The notes beneath the pieces are model-generated. The model searched no databases, was not told the origin of the DNA, and was given only the letters and a program-made list of their open reading frames with translations. The position numbers were made by a program, and so were the translations under genes. Positions 50,062 through 59,269 of a stretch of 64,000 nucleotides of DNA are shown here, one piece after another. Position 1 is the first letter of the stretch; every line of letters begins with the position of its first letter. Source of the stretch: Anaerovoracaceae bacterium (GTDB lineage Bacteria > Bacillota > Clostridia > Peptostreptococcales > Anaerovoracaceae); assembly GCA_036637375.1 (NCBI GenBank), contig JAVWMQ010000004.1, forward strand, positions 4,698 to 68,697, read 5' to 3'.

Positions 50062-51654
50062 ATGATAGAAAATCGAAGGATACTCAGTTTAATAATAGCA
50101 CTAACAGTAATGATAACGAGCGTATTTACATTAAATATAAATACAGCCGAGGCGTCTACTGGTTATTTTAGTGTTGAGGACCTAACGGTACCCACTGTAT
50201 TTGAAGAGGGCCAATCGGTAGATCTTGAGGGTATTATCAAGTCTAAATACAAAATGACTTATGCAAAGATAGGTATTGTTAATGAGAAACAAGATTGGAT
50301 TAAAAAGAATTCTATTGAAGTAAAACCTAACAAAACTTCGTATAATTTAAAGTCAATTAACTCTAAATTGGATTTTTCAAAGTTAAAGGTTGGGACTTAC
50401 TACTTTAAGGTGAGAGCAAAAGATGAAAAGAAGCATATTGACAATGCAGTATTGAAAGCTTTTGTTGTAAAAGAACCACCGGCATTCCAAATGTCAGATG
50501 AGACAATTCCAACAAAGACTCATGTAGGAAATCCATTTACATTGAAGGGTAAAATTAAATCATACCATGAAATGAAAGAGGTATATGTTGGGATTACAGA
50601 TACAAAAGGTCAATGGAAAAAAGGGTATTATACAAAGGTAAACCCAAAAAGCACTAATTTTGATATTAATAAGGTGGATTCAAAGGTAAAAATTTCTAAG
50701 CTTGTATCTGGAGTATACAAATATAAAGTTACGACAAAAGATATAAAGAATAGAGAAACCACATTAGTGGATGAACAATTTACGGTTTCAAAATTAAAAG
50801 TGGAAAAAGAGTCAAAGCCGACAGTTATTACTAAAGGCAGAGGATTTGGAATTGTAGGAATTGTAAAATCTAAGTTTACGATTGTTGATGTTAAGGTTGG
50901 AGTTGTAGATAAAAAGGGAGACTGGCAGCCTGATACAATAGCGACAGCATCACCAGAAAAAACTGGCTATGATATAAAGAAACTTGACGCTAAAGTTCAA
51001 TTTGATAAGCTAGATGAAGGAGACTATAAATATAAGGTTATCGCAGAGGATAAATATGGAATAGATAGAACTTTGGTTGACCAATCATTTAAGGTCGTTG
51101 AACCAGAAGTTACACCTCCATCACCTCCAAGTGGTGGCGGGGACAATACTGATATTCCGACTTCAGCGGTAGGTAAGAAATTGAGATATAATGCAGACAA
51201 GTTTTATGCTATCGGCAAACAACCGTTTTCAGGTCCATGTGGATTATATGCAATGGCATATGGTAGATTAGTAATGGATGGAGACTTTGATATGGGTGGA
51301 TATTCTTCGTACTATGACAAGCTTCGTGCAGAATATGGTATGAATTCAGATTCAGCTCATTGGGGAGAGGCTGGTGCAGGTTCGGTTTATTCAACATCAA
51401 CGAAAGCTGTTGCACAAATGGCTTTAGCTGAAATTGAAAAAGGAAAACCAGTAATATTGGACTTAAAGAGTGGGTATACCGGAAATCAGCATTTCGTATT
51501 AGTTATCGGTTACGTACGAGGTACAACATCGAGTAATGTTAATTCGGGTAGCTTCATTATTTTGGATCCGGCTTCTGGTACGGAAAGGTTAATGTCAGAT
51601 TATCCTCTTTATCAAATTGATGATGTGCAAAAGAGAGTAATTAGATATTACTAA
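50062..51654 (+). CDS. Secreted protein: three ~100 aa beta-rich repeats, Pro/Gly linker, C-terminal papain-fold (Peptidase_C39-like) cysteine peptidase domain
   Basis: 530 aa with an AGGAGG RBS. Signal peptide with an AEA/S cleavage site. Three repeats share the pattern G-x-I-KS-x-V-x-V-G-[IV]-x-D-x-G-x-W, then K-x-D-x-K-V-x-[FI]-x-KL-x-x-G-x-Y-KYKV. The linker is PPSPPSGGG. The putative catalytic residues are Q387/C393 (GKQPFSGPCGLYAMAYG), H477 (NQHFVLVIGY) and D502 (ILDPASG). Confidence 0.6.
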   Translation: MIENRRILSLIIALTVMITSVFTLNINTAEASTGYFSVEDLTVPTVFEEGQSVDLEGIIKSKYKMTYAKIGIVNEKQDWIKKNSIEVKPNKTSYNLKSINSKLDFSKLKVGTYYFKVRAKDEKKHIDNAVLKAFVVKEPPAFQMSDETIPTKTHVGNPFTLKGKIKSYHEMKEVYVGITDTKGQWKKGYYTKVNPKSTNFDINKVDSKVKISKLVSGVYKYKVTTKDIKNRETTLVDEQFTVSKLKVEKESKPTVITKGRGFGIVGIVKSKFTIVDVKVGVVDKKGDWQPDTIATASPEKTGYDIKKLDAKVQFDKLDEGDYKYKVIAEDKYGIDRTLVDQSFKVVEPEVTPPSPPSGGGDNTDIPTSAVGKKLRYNADKFYAIGKQPFSGPCGLYAMAYGRLVMDGDFDMGGYSSYYDKLRAEYGMNSDSAHWGEAGAGSVYSTSTKAVAQMALAEIEKGKPVILDLKSGYTGNQHFVLVIGYVRGTTSSNVNSGSFIILDPASGTERLMSDYPLYQIDDVQKRVIRYY

Positions 51655-51666
51655 AATGATAATATA

Positions 51667-51703
51667 CTGGGTAGGTACTTGTTTTGTGCTTACTCAGTTT
51701 TTT
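51667..51703 (+). terminator. Terminator after the secreted peptidase gene
   Basis: CTGGGTAGGTAC pairs with GTGCTTACTCAG (12 bp including three G-U pairs), followed by TTTTTT. Confidence 0.65.
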
Positions 51704-51820
51704 GTTGTATAGGTTTTGTGACACTTTGTTAAAGAGTATGTCATAGTTCCGTAACAATAAAATTATATAATGTAGCATAGGTATAAGCTTAAAACTAACT
51801 AGAGAAAGGTTGGAAAATGT

Positions 51821-53683
51821 ATGTGTGGATTTATTGGATTCTTAGATAAGAATCGAGATTATGATGGAGATTCAATTATTGAACAAATGATTGAAAGAAT
51901 TAGACATAGAGGTCCTGATTCCCAGAGACACTATGTTGATGATGAAATTGCTTTGGGCTTTGCAAGACTAAGTATTATTGATGAAGCAAATGGTGTTCAG
52001 CCTATGGGGAATGAGGAAGGAATGTTAGAATTAGTATTTAATGGTGAGATATATAACTATCTTGAATTAAAAAAAGAATTAATTGATAAGGGGCATACTT
52101 TTGCAACGGATTCTGATACTGAAGTTTTGTTACATGGTTTTGAAGAATATGGCAATAGCTTACCATCTAAATTAAGAGGTATGTTTTCATTTGTAATATG
52201 GGATAAAGTAAACAAAAAAGTTTTTGGTTGTAGAGACCATTTTGGAATAAAACCATTTTATTATTGTGAAATAAATGGAGGATTATTGTTTGGATCTGAA
52301 ATTAAAGGATTTTTGCCACATCCAAGATTTGTAAAGAAATTTAATGAACAAAGACTACCAGATTATTTGACATTTAGCTGTGTTCCAGGATATGATACTT
52401 TTTTTGAAGGGGTATATAAATTAAAACCGGGGCATTACTTTGAATATGCAGATGGATACCTTAATGTGGTAAAGTATTTTGACAACAGATTGAAAATCGA
52501 CCATAGTAAGAATGAAAAATATTTTGTAGATAAAATTAAAGATACACTTGAAGAATCAGTATCAAAACATTTAATCAGTGATTTTGAAGTTGGATGCTTT
52601 TTATCAAGTGGAGTTGACTCAAGCTTTGTAACTTCAGAAGTTAGAAAACATCAAGAGGTAAAGACATATTCACTAGGATATGCAGATGAAAAATACAATG
52701 AGGCAGCTTTAGCTAAAGCTTTTTCGGAAGAAATTGGTGCTGAAAATAGACAAGTTATTATCTCGGCAGAGGACTACTTTAATTCCGTAGGAAAGGTACA
52801 ATATCATTTAGATGAACCTTTAGCAAACCCTTCAGCAAATTTACTTTATTTGCTTTCTCAGAGGGCGGCTATGGACTTAAAAGTTGTTTTGTCTGGCGAA
52901 GGTGCTGATGAAATGTTTGGCGGATATAATGTTTATAAGGAACCTTTTGTAGTCAATAAGTACAAAAGAGTTGTTCCGAAGGGAGTTAGAAAGGCTCTTG
53001 CTAACTTTGTTAAAGACAAGAAAAGTTTTAAAGGGAAAGATTTTTTGACTCGTGGAAATATGACAATTGAAGAAAGATATATTGGAAACAGCAATCTATT
53101 TAGGGTTTCTGAGAGAGATTCATACTTGGCAAAAAAATATGATTCCAAGTTACCTGGTGAATATACTAAGCCGTTTTATGATGCTGCAAAAGATTTAGAT
53201 GATGTTAGCAAGATGCAATATCTGGATATTAACGTTTGGATGGTTCAAGAAATCTTGTTAAAAGCCGACAAAATGAGTATGGCGAATTCTTTGGAACTTA
53301 GAGTGCCACTTTTGGACAAGGAAGTGTTTGAAGTTGCTAGAACCATTCCTACAAAGTTTAAAGTGGATGGCAAGCAAACTAAACTTGCATTTAGAAAAGT
53401 TGCAGAGCAAAGCATTAATATGGATAGTGCTAGTAGAACTAAAAAAGCCTTTCCGTTGCCACTTGTTGAGTGGATAAGGGAAGACAGATACTATGAACTA
53501 ATTAAAAGTTATCTTTTAAGTGAAACAGCTAAAACATTTTTTAACAATCAAAAAGTAATAGAACTTCTTGAAAAACATAAAAATGGTGAAGGGAATTATG
53601 CTAGAAAAATATGGGCAATATTTACCTTCTTAGTATGGTATGAACAGTTCTTTGGGAATGAAGTAGAAATGAAATCTGAATAA
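51821..53683 (+). CDS. asnB: Asparagine synthase (glutamine-hydrolysing)
   Basis: 620 aa. N-terminal nucleophile MCGF, GATase-II motifs (RGPDS, FNGEIYN, DSDTEV) and PP-loop SSGVDSS. Confidence 0.9.
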   Translation: MCGFIGFLDKNRDYDGDSIIEQMIERIRHRGPDSQRHYVDDEIALGFARLSIIDEANGVQPMGNEEGMLELVFNGEIYNYLELKKELIDKGHTFATDSDTEVLLHGFEEYGNSLPSKLRGMFSFVIWDKVNKKVFGCRDHFGIKPFYYCEINGGLLFGSEIKGFLPHPRFVKKFNEQRLPDYLTFSCVPGYDTFFEGVYKLKPGHYFEYADGYLNVVKYFDNRLKIDHSKNEKYFVDKIKDTLEESVSKHLISDFEVGCFLSSGVDSSFVTSEVRKHQEVKTYSLGYADEKYNEAALAKAFSEEIGAENRQVIISAEDYFNSVGKVQYHLDEPLANPSANLLYLLSQRAAMDLKVVLSGEGADEMFGGYNVYKEPFVVNKYKRVVPKGVRKALANFVKDKKSFKGKDFLTRGNMTIEERYIGNSNLFRVSERDSYLAKKYDSKLPGEYTKPFYDAAKDLDDVSKMQYLDINVWMVQEILLKADKMSMANSLELRVPLLDKEVFEVARTIPTKFKVDGKQTKLAFRKVAEQSINMDSASRTKKAFPLPLVEWIREDRYYELIKSYLLSETAKTFFNNQKVIELLEKHKNGEGNYARKIWAIFTFLVWYEQFFGNEVEMKSE

Positions 53684-53684
53684 A

Positions 53685-53723
53685 TAAAAAAAGCTACAGG
53701 CTCGCACTTCCTGTAGCTTTTTT
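53685..53723 (+). terminator. Rho-independent terminator after asnB
   Basis: AAAAAAGCTACAGG pairs with CCTGTAGCTTTTTT across a 9 nt loop. Confidence 0.8.
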
Positions 53724-53911
53724 GGTTATACTAAATATTGTTAATAAGAAGTATCAAAGTATTGTTATAAAAGATAGGACAAATTCATATCTTATTTGCA
53801 CAGTTTAACAGAAAATTTTCTTTAAATCAAGAGTATTTTTAATATTTTTTGTATATAAATAACAAATAAAATTAAATAAAACTGTGAGAATTTAACAAAA
53901 CTGTTGATTGC

Positions 53912-54202
53912 TTATTCGTTTGTAACATCCTCAACGGTGCCAGAACCGCTATCTGTTCCTCCATTTTCGTTTTTGTCACCAACATCTTCTCCGCTTGAAA
54001 CGTTGTCTTCTTCTGGTTTGTCTGGAACAACATCTTCCTTAGGTTCTTCAGTTGTTATAGCTGGTTTTTTAACCTCATCATTATCTTTGGTTTTGTAAAG
54101 TGTGTTATAGATAATAAAGCCACCAATAGCTAAGGCAAGTATTACCAAAACAACAATGACGATTAACCAAATTGATTTTTTTTCTTTATTACTTCTAGAC
54201 AT
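53912..54202 (-). CDS. Small membrane-anchored protein with acidic, low-complexity extracytoplasmic tail (hypothetical)
   Basis: 96 aa. A basic N-terminus is followed by a TM segment (IWLIVIVVLVILALAIGGFIIY) and an E/D/K/P-rich tail. The RBS (AAGGA) is weak. It is the only minus-strand gene in this neighbourhood. Confidence 0.45.
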   Translation of the reverse strand: MSRSNKEKKSIWLIVIVVLVILALAIGGFIIYNTLYKTKDNDEVKKPAITTEEPKEDVVPDKPEEDNVSSGEDVGDKNENGGTDSGSGTVEDVTNE

Positions 54203-54317
54203 TTATCAGTATTCCTTTCATAAAATTCACAATAACTTAGTTTTATAATATCAATTTTTATGTTATAATACAACAAGATATTTATAGTTACAAAAACAAT
54301 ACACAAAGGAGAAGTAT

Positions 54318-55022
54318 ATGGAACCTAAATATAAGCGAATTATACTAAAAGTGAGTGGAGAAGCCCTAGCTGGTGAAGATAAATTTGGACTTAATGAGGA
54401 AATGCTAAAAAAAATAGCAAGACAAGTTAAGGAGGTTTATGAGCTTGGAGTAGAAGTTGCCATTGTTGTAGGTGGCGGAAACTTCTGGAGAGGCAGAACT
54501 AGCAAGGATATGGACAAAGCAACAGCTGACTATATGGGTATGCTTGCAACAGTAATTAACGCACTTGCGCTTCAAGATGCTTTTGAGTCTATTGATATAC
54601 CAACAAGAGTTCAAACAGCAATTGAAATGAAGGAAATTGCGGAACCGTATATTAGACGTAAAGCTGTACATCATCTTGAGGGAAACAAGGTAGTTATATT
54701 TGGAGCAGGAATAGGAAGCCCATTCTTTTCTACAGATACAACTGCAGCACTAAGAGCAGCAGAAATTGATGCAGATGTTATATTACTTGCCAAAAAAATT
54801 GATGCTGTATATTCTGATGACCCAGAAATAAATAAAGACGCTGTTAAATATGATGAATTAACACACTTTGATATTTTAGAAAAGGATTTAAAAGTTATGG
54901 ATTCTACAGCGGCATCTTTGTGCAAAGACAATAATATTGCAATACATGTATTTGGAATTGCAGAAGATGGAAATGTTATGAAAGCAGTTTGTGGAGAAAA
55001 AATAGGCACAATTATTAAATAA
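54318..55022 (+). CDS. pyrH: UMP kinase
   Basis: 234 aa with [21 protein letters not shown] and [10 protein letters not shown]. Confidence 0.95.
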   Translation: MEPKYKRIILKVSGEALAGEDKFGLNEEMLKKIARQVKEVYELGVEVAIVVGGGNFWRGRTSKDMDKATADYMGMLATVINALALQDAFESIDIPTRVQTAIEMKEIAEPYIRRKAVHHLEGNKVVIFGAGIGSPFFSTDTTAALRAAEIDADVILLAKKIDAVYSDDPEINKDAVKYDELTHFDILEKDLKVMDSTAASLCKDNNIAIHVFGIAEDGNVMKAVCGEKIGTIIK

Positions 55023-55041
55023 TTATTTGGAGGACAAAAAA

Positions 55042-55599
55042 ATGAGTAAACAAATTTTAGATCAGTTAGAAGCAAAAATTGAAAAGTCGGTAAATAACCT
55101 AAAGGAAGAATTACTAGGCGTAAGAGCAGGAAGAGCAAATGCTGCTATAGTGGATAAGGTTTTAGTAGAATATTATGGAGCACCTACACCACTTAAACAG
55201 CTTGCAAATATTTCAATTCCAGATCCAAAGACAATTGCGATTTCACCTTTTGACTCTTCAATTATTAAAGAAATTGAACATGGAATTAATGTTGCAAACA
55301 TTGGTATTAACCCAAGCAATGACGGAAAAACTATTAGATTAGTAATTCCACCAATGACAGAAGAAAGAAGAAAAGAACTAACAAAAACAGTTAAAGCATT
55401 AGGAGAAGAAGCAAAGGTTGCTATTAGAAACCTAAGAAGAAATGCTAACGATCACTTGAAGAAAGAAGAAAAAGCAGGTGAGTTAACAGAAGATATGCTT
55501 AAAGAAGAACTTGATAAAGCACAAAAAGATACAGATGCAGGAATTAAAAAAATTGATGATTTGATTGTTGCAAAAGACAAGGAGATAATGGAAGTATAA
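55042..55599 (+). CDS. frr: Ribosome recycling factor
   Basis: ATG 55042 follows GGAGGA. 185 aa with GVRAGRANAAIVD and PPMTEERRKEL. Confidence 0.95.
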   Translation: MSKQILDQLEAKIEKSVNNLKEELLGVRAGRANAAIVDKVLVEYYGAPTPLKQLANISIPDPKTIAISPFDSSIIKEIEHGINVANIGINPSNDGKTIRLVIPPMTEERRKELTKTVKALGEEAKVAIRNLRRNANDHLKKEEKAGELTEDMLKEELDKAQKDTDAGIKKIDDLIVAKDKEIMEV

Positions 55600-55605
55600 T
55601 TATTT

Positions 55606-56322
55606 ATGTTAGATTTAAATAGAATACCCAATCACGTTGCCATCATTATGGATGGCAACGGAAGATGGGCTAATAAACGTAATATACCAAGGGTTATGGG
55701 GCATAATGCTGGAATGAAGGCAATGAAAGAAATTGTAAAGCAAAGCTCTATACTAGGTATCAAACATTTAACCGTATACGCTTTTTCTACAGAAAACTGG
55801 AAGAGAACAGAAGAAGAAGTAAACGGTATTTTTGGATTGCTTATTAAATATGTGGATAAGGAATTAACAGAAATATGTGAGAATAATGTGAAACTTACAG
55901 TTATTGGCGATATGTCAGCAATGCCAGAAAAGGTAAAAAGCAAACTAGATTTAGCGTTAGATAAAACTAAGAACAATGATGGATTGCAATTTAATATAGC
56001 TCTTAATTATGGTGGTAGAGCTGAGATTGTTGAAGCTGTAAAGGCTATCGGAAACAATATTGCAAATGGGAATATTAATGTTGATGATATTAACGAAGAA
56101 ATGATTTCAAACAGTCTATTTACGGGGGGAGCAGCAATTCCAGATCCAGATTTATTGATTAGAACTTCTGGAGAAATTAGGCTTTCAAACTTCTTGCTTT
56201 GGCAGTTAGCCTACAGTGAAATGGCATTTACTGATGTGCTATGGCCAGATTTTACACCAGCTGAATTTGAAAAAGCAATAATGGAATATCAAAGTAGAGA
56301 TAGACGTTTTGGTGGAAGGTAG
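55606..56322 (+). CDS. uppS: Undecaprenyl diphosphate synthase (isoprenyl transferase)
   Basis: 238 aa with HVAIIMDGNGRWA, FSTENWKR and IRTSGEIRLSNFLLWQ. Confidence 0.95.
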   Translation: MLDLNRIPNHVAIIMDGNGRWANKRNIPRVMGHNAGMKAMKEIVKQSSILGIKHLTVYAFSTENWKRTEEEVNGIFGLLIKYVDKELTEICENNVKLTVIGDMSAMPEKVKSKLDLALDKTKNNDGLQFNIALNYGGRAEIVEAVKAIGNNIANGNINVDDINEEMISNSLFTGGAAIPDPDLLIRTSGEIRLSNFLLWQLAYSEMAFTDVLWPDFTPAEFEKAIMEYQSRDRRFGGR

Positions 56323-56328
56323 GCTTAT

Positions 56329-57111
56329 ATGAAAACGAGAATAATTTCCGGATTGATTATGTTACCACTATTGGGGGTAATATATTTAGGTGGATATGTG
56401 TTATCTGCTTTTTGTGTATTAATTGCAATTGGCGGAGTATATGAATTTTATAAAGGGTTTCATGCACTTGATATTAAACCAAGTTTTACCATTGGAGTAA
56501 TTTCAGCTTTAGGACTGTTTGCTGTTGGACTTTTTGCAAATGAACCTAAGTTTTATATGGTGTGGTTGTTTTTGACAGTATTAGCATGTCTCCTTTATCT
56601 ATTTAAGATTGAGGAAAGAAAACTTGAGGATGCATTGGCAACACTAATAGGCATTGTGTATGTAGTATACTTCTCATTCCATGTGGTATTAGTTGATCAA
56701 ACAGGAGAACCAAGCATTTTAGTTTGGCTAATTGTACTATCTGCTTTTGGAACAGATGTAATGGCATACTTTGCAGGTGTTACTTTAGGCAAGCATAAGC
56801 TTTGTCCAAAAATCAGTCCCAAAAAGAGTATAGAAGGTTCAATTGGTGGAATAATTGGCAGCATCACTATTTGTGGTATATTTGGGTATTTCTTTGCTAA
56901 TGAATACTTTATCCATGCACTTATCATTGGTGCACTTGGAGGTGTAGTTTCACAATTTGGAGACCTTACAGCTTCAATCTTTAAACGAAAGATGGGTATT
57001 AAAGACTATGGGAATTTAATTCCAGGTCATGGTGGTGTTCTTGATAGATTTGACAGTGTATTATTTACAGCGCCATTAGTTTATTATTATATTGATTTAT
57101 TTATTTTATAA
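56329..57111 (+). CDS. cdsA: Phosphatidate cytidylyltransferase
   Basis: 260 aa membrane protein with the signature SIFKRKMGIKDYGNLIPGHGGVLDRFDS. Confidence 0.9.
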   Translation: MKTRIISGLIMLPLLGVIYLGGYVLSAFCVLIAIGGVYEFYKGFHALDIKPSFTIGVISALGLFAVGLFANEPKFYMVWLFLTVLACLLYLFKIEERKLEDALATLIGIVYVVYFSFHVVLVDQTGEPSILVWLIVLSAFGTDVMAYFAGVTLGKHKLCPKISPKKSIEGSIGGIIGSITICGIFGYFFANEYFIHALIIGALGGVVSQFGDLTASIFKRKMGIKDYGNLIPGHGGVLDRFDSVLFTAPLVYYYIDLFIL

Positions 57112-57120
57112 GGTGTCAAA

Positions 57121-58251
57121 GTGAAAAAGATAGGAATATTAGGTAGTACGGGGTCAATAGGTACACAAAGTTTAGATATTGTTTCAAATAATCAAGAACA
57201 GTTCAAGGTAACTGTTCTTAGTTGTGCTACTAGAATAAAAGAACTATCTTTGCAAATTGAAGAATTTAGTCCTGAAATAGTCGTTGTAAAAAACGAAAAA
57301 GATGCAATAGAATTGCAAAAAAAATACAAGCAGGTTGATGTGCTTTTTGGGAAAAAGGGTTTAATTGATGCTGCAAAACTAGGGAATTATGATATTTTAT
57401 TAAATTCATTGATGGGGATAAAAGGTCTTGAGCCAACATATGAAGCGATTAATGCGGGCAAAGATATAGCTCTTGCGAATAAAGAAACTTTAGTGGCAGG
57501 AGGAGAAATCATTATGAAAGCGGTGAAAGAAAAAGGTGTGGCTATGCTACCTGTTGATAGCGAGCATAGTGCTATCTTTCAGGCGCTTGAAGGAAATAAA
57601 CGAAGCGAATTAAGTAGAATTTTGTTAACAGCTTCTGGGGGGCCGTTTAGAGGATACACTTTGGATGGACTAAAAAATGTAAAAAAAGAGGAAGCATTAA
57701 ATCACCCTAAGTGGACAATGGGGAGTAAAATTACAATAGATTCTGCAACTATGATGAATAAAGGTTTAGAAGTTATTGAAGCGAAATGGTTGTTTGGAGT
57801 TGATGAGGAAAATATTGAAATATTGGTTCATCCTCAAAGTATTGTTCATTCAATGGTAGAATATGTAGATGGTAGTGTTATTGCACAACTTGGAAGTCCG
57901 GATATGAGAACGCCTATTGCATATGCTTTTAGTTACCCAAATAGGATTAAGAGCGATTTGCCAAAGCTGAATTTTTTTGAGGAGGGTGCAAACTTAACTT
58001 TTGAAAAACCAGACAGAAATACATTTAAGTGTATTGACTTGGCATACAAGGCGTCAAAGGCGGGAGGAAGTTATCCTGTAGTTCTAAATGGAGCAAATGA
58101 AGTGCTAGTTGATAGGTTTTTGAGAGGGGAAATTGAATTTATAGAGATTCAAGAAAGTCTTGAGAGAATTCTTGATGAACATAAACCTAAATATCAATTA
58201 TCGTTAAAAGAGGTAATTGAAATTGATGAGAAAGTAAGGAAAGAAATATGA
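57121..58251 (+). CDS. dxr: 1-deoxy-D-xylulose 5-phosphate reductoisomerase
   Basis: 376 aa with a GTG start. Motifs GSTGSIGTQSL, LANKETLV, PVDSEHSAIFQ and NKGLEVIEA. Confidence 0.95.
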   Translation: MKKIGILGSTGSIGTQSLDIVSNNQEQFKVTVLSCATRIKELSLQIEEFSPEIVVVKNEKDAIELQKKYKQVDVLFGKKGLIDAAKLGNYDILLNSLMGIKGLEPTYEAINAGKDIALANKETLVAGGEIIMKAVKEKGVAMLPVDSEHSAIFQALEGNKRSELSRILLTASGGPFRGYTLDGLKNVKKEEALNHPKWTMGSKITIDSATMMNKGLEVIEAKWLFGVDEENIEILVHPQSIVHSMVEYVDGSVIAQLGSPDMRTPIAYAFSYPNRIKSDLPKLNFFEEGANLTFEKPDRNTFKCIDLAYKASKAGGSYPVVLNGANEVLVDRFLRGEIEFIEIQESLERILDEHKPKYQLSLKEVIEIDEKVRKEI

Positions 58252-59261
58252 CGATAATATATGCTATTTTGATGTTTTGTATATTGATCTTCATACATGA
58301 GCTTGGACACTTTGCTGCAGCAAAAGCTTGCGGGGTAAAGGTTAATGAATTTGCTCTAGGTATGGGACCAACAATTGTAAGTAAGCAAAAGGGGGAAACA
58401 AAATATTCTCTTCGTGCAATTCCAATAGGTGGATTTTGTGCAATGGAAGGTGAGGATGAAGAATCCAATGATGATAGAGCGTTTAACAACAAAAAAGCGT
58501 GGCAAAAAACTATAATTGTAATTGCAGGCTCTTTTATGAACGTTTTATTAGCATTAATTTTGATTACAATTGTAGTTTATAATATGGGGTTCCCAAGTAC
58601 AACTATTGCAAATGTTCAAAAAGACAGTCCAGCATACCATGCTGGGATTCAAGTGGGAGATAAGATTACAAGTGTTAATGGCACAAAAATTAATGAATGG
58701 CAAGAGCTTAGTGTTTTAATTAAAAAAGATGCAGATCAAAAGACTGTTAATCTTGGAATAAATAGAGATGGCAAGAACTTAGTTATAAATTCTGAGTTGA
58801 AGAAAGCACAAGATGGTAGAATGGTAATGGGTGTTCTCGCAGATAGAGAAAAAAACATTGGCAAATCTATAATCAATGGGCCTAAAGCAACTTTAGCCAT
58901 GACAAAAGATATGTATGGAGTTCTAAAGAAACTTGTTACAGGAGAAGTTTCTACAAAGGAATTATCAGGTCCAGTTGGAATTGTTTATATGGTTGACAAA
59001 AGTGCAGAGCAAGGATTCATTACGGTACTGTACTTTATGGCATTAATAAGCTTGAATTTGGGTATTGTAAATATGTTACCACTACCAGCTCTTGATGGCG
59101 GTAGATTGGTGTTTATAATTATTAGAAAAATAACAGGACAAGCAATAACTGACGAGATGGAAGGCAGGGTTCATATTGCAGGAATGGTGTTATTATTAAC
59201 ATTAATGCTTTATGTGACGTGGAATGATATATTTAGATTTATTGTACCAGTTTTTAAATAG
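58248..59261 (+). CDS. rseP: RIP metalloprotease RseP/RasP (M50 site-2 protease)
   Basis: 337 aa with HELGHF, a single PDZ domain (AGIQVGDKITSVNG) and NMLPLPALDGG. Confidence 0.85.
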   Translation: MTIIYAILMFCILIFIHELGHFAAAKACGVKVNEFALGMGPTIVSKQKGETKYSLRAIPIGGFCAMEGEDEESNDDRAFNNKKAWQKTIIVIAGSFMNVLLALILITIVVYNMGFPSTTIANVQKDSPAYHAGIQVGDKITSVNGTKINEWQELSVLIKKDADQKTVNLGINRDGKNLVINSELKKAQDGRMVMGVLADREKNIGKSIINGPKATLAMTKDMYGVLKKLVTGEVSTKELSGPVGIVYMVDKSAEQGFITVLYFMALISLNLGIVNMLPLPALDGGRLVFIIIRKITGQAITDEMEGRVHIAGMVLLLTLMLYVTWNDIFRFIVPVFK

Positions 59262-59269
59262 GTGATCTT

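Noticed and set aside
51704-51820. T-box leaders upstream of asnB and thrS
   Set aside because: The regions are about 115 nt and 1 nt long, too short for a T-box. I found no T-box sequence (AANNNGGGUGGUACCGCG-like) and no specifier/antiterminator layout.
53904-54098. 64 aa + strand ORF overlapping the small acidic membrane protein gene
   Set aside because: It is a Ser/Thr/Leu/Pro-rich mirror-frame product with no RBS. The minus-strand frame has a clear TM helix and a start context.
29754-54317. Calling the 24.5 kb inter-cluster block a mobile genomic island
   Set aside because: It has no integrase or transposase, no tRNA or direct-repeat boundaries, and a gene content of ordinary metabolic and ion-homeostasis genes. 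I report only the synteny break.
54671-55138. 155 aa minus-strand ORF antisense to pyrH/frr
   Set aside because: It overlaps two universally conserved genes on the other strand, and its composition is that of an antisense-frame artefact.
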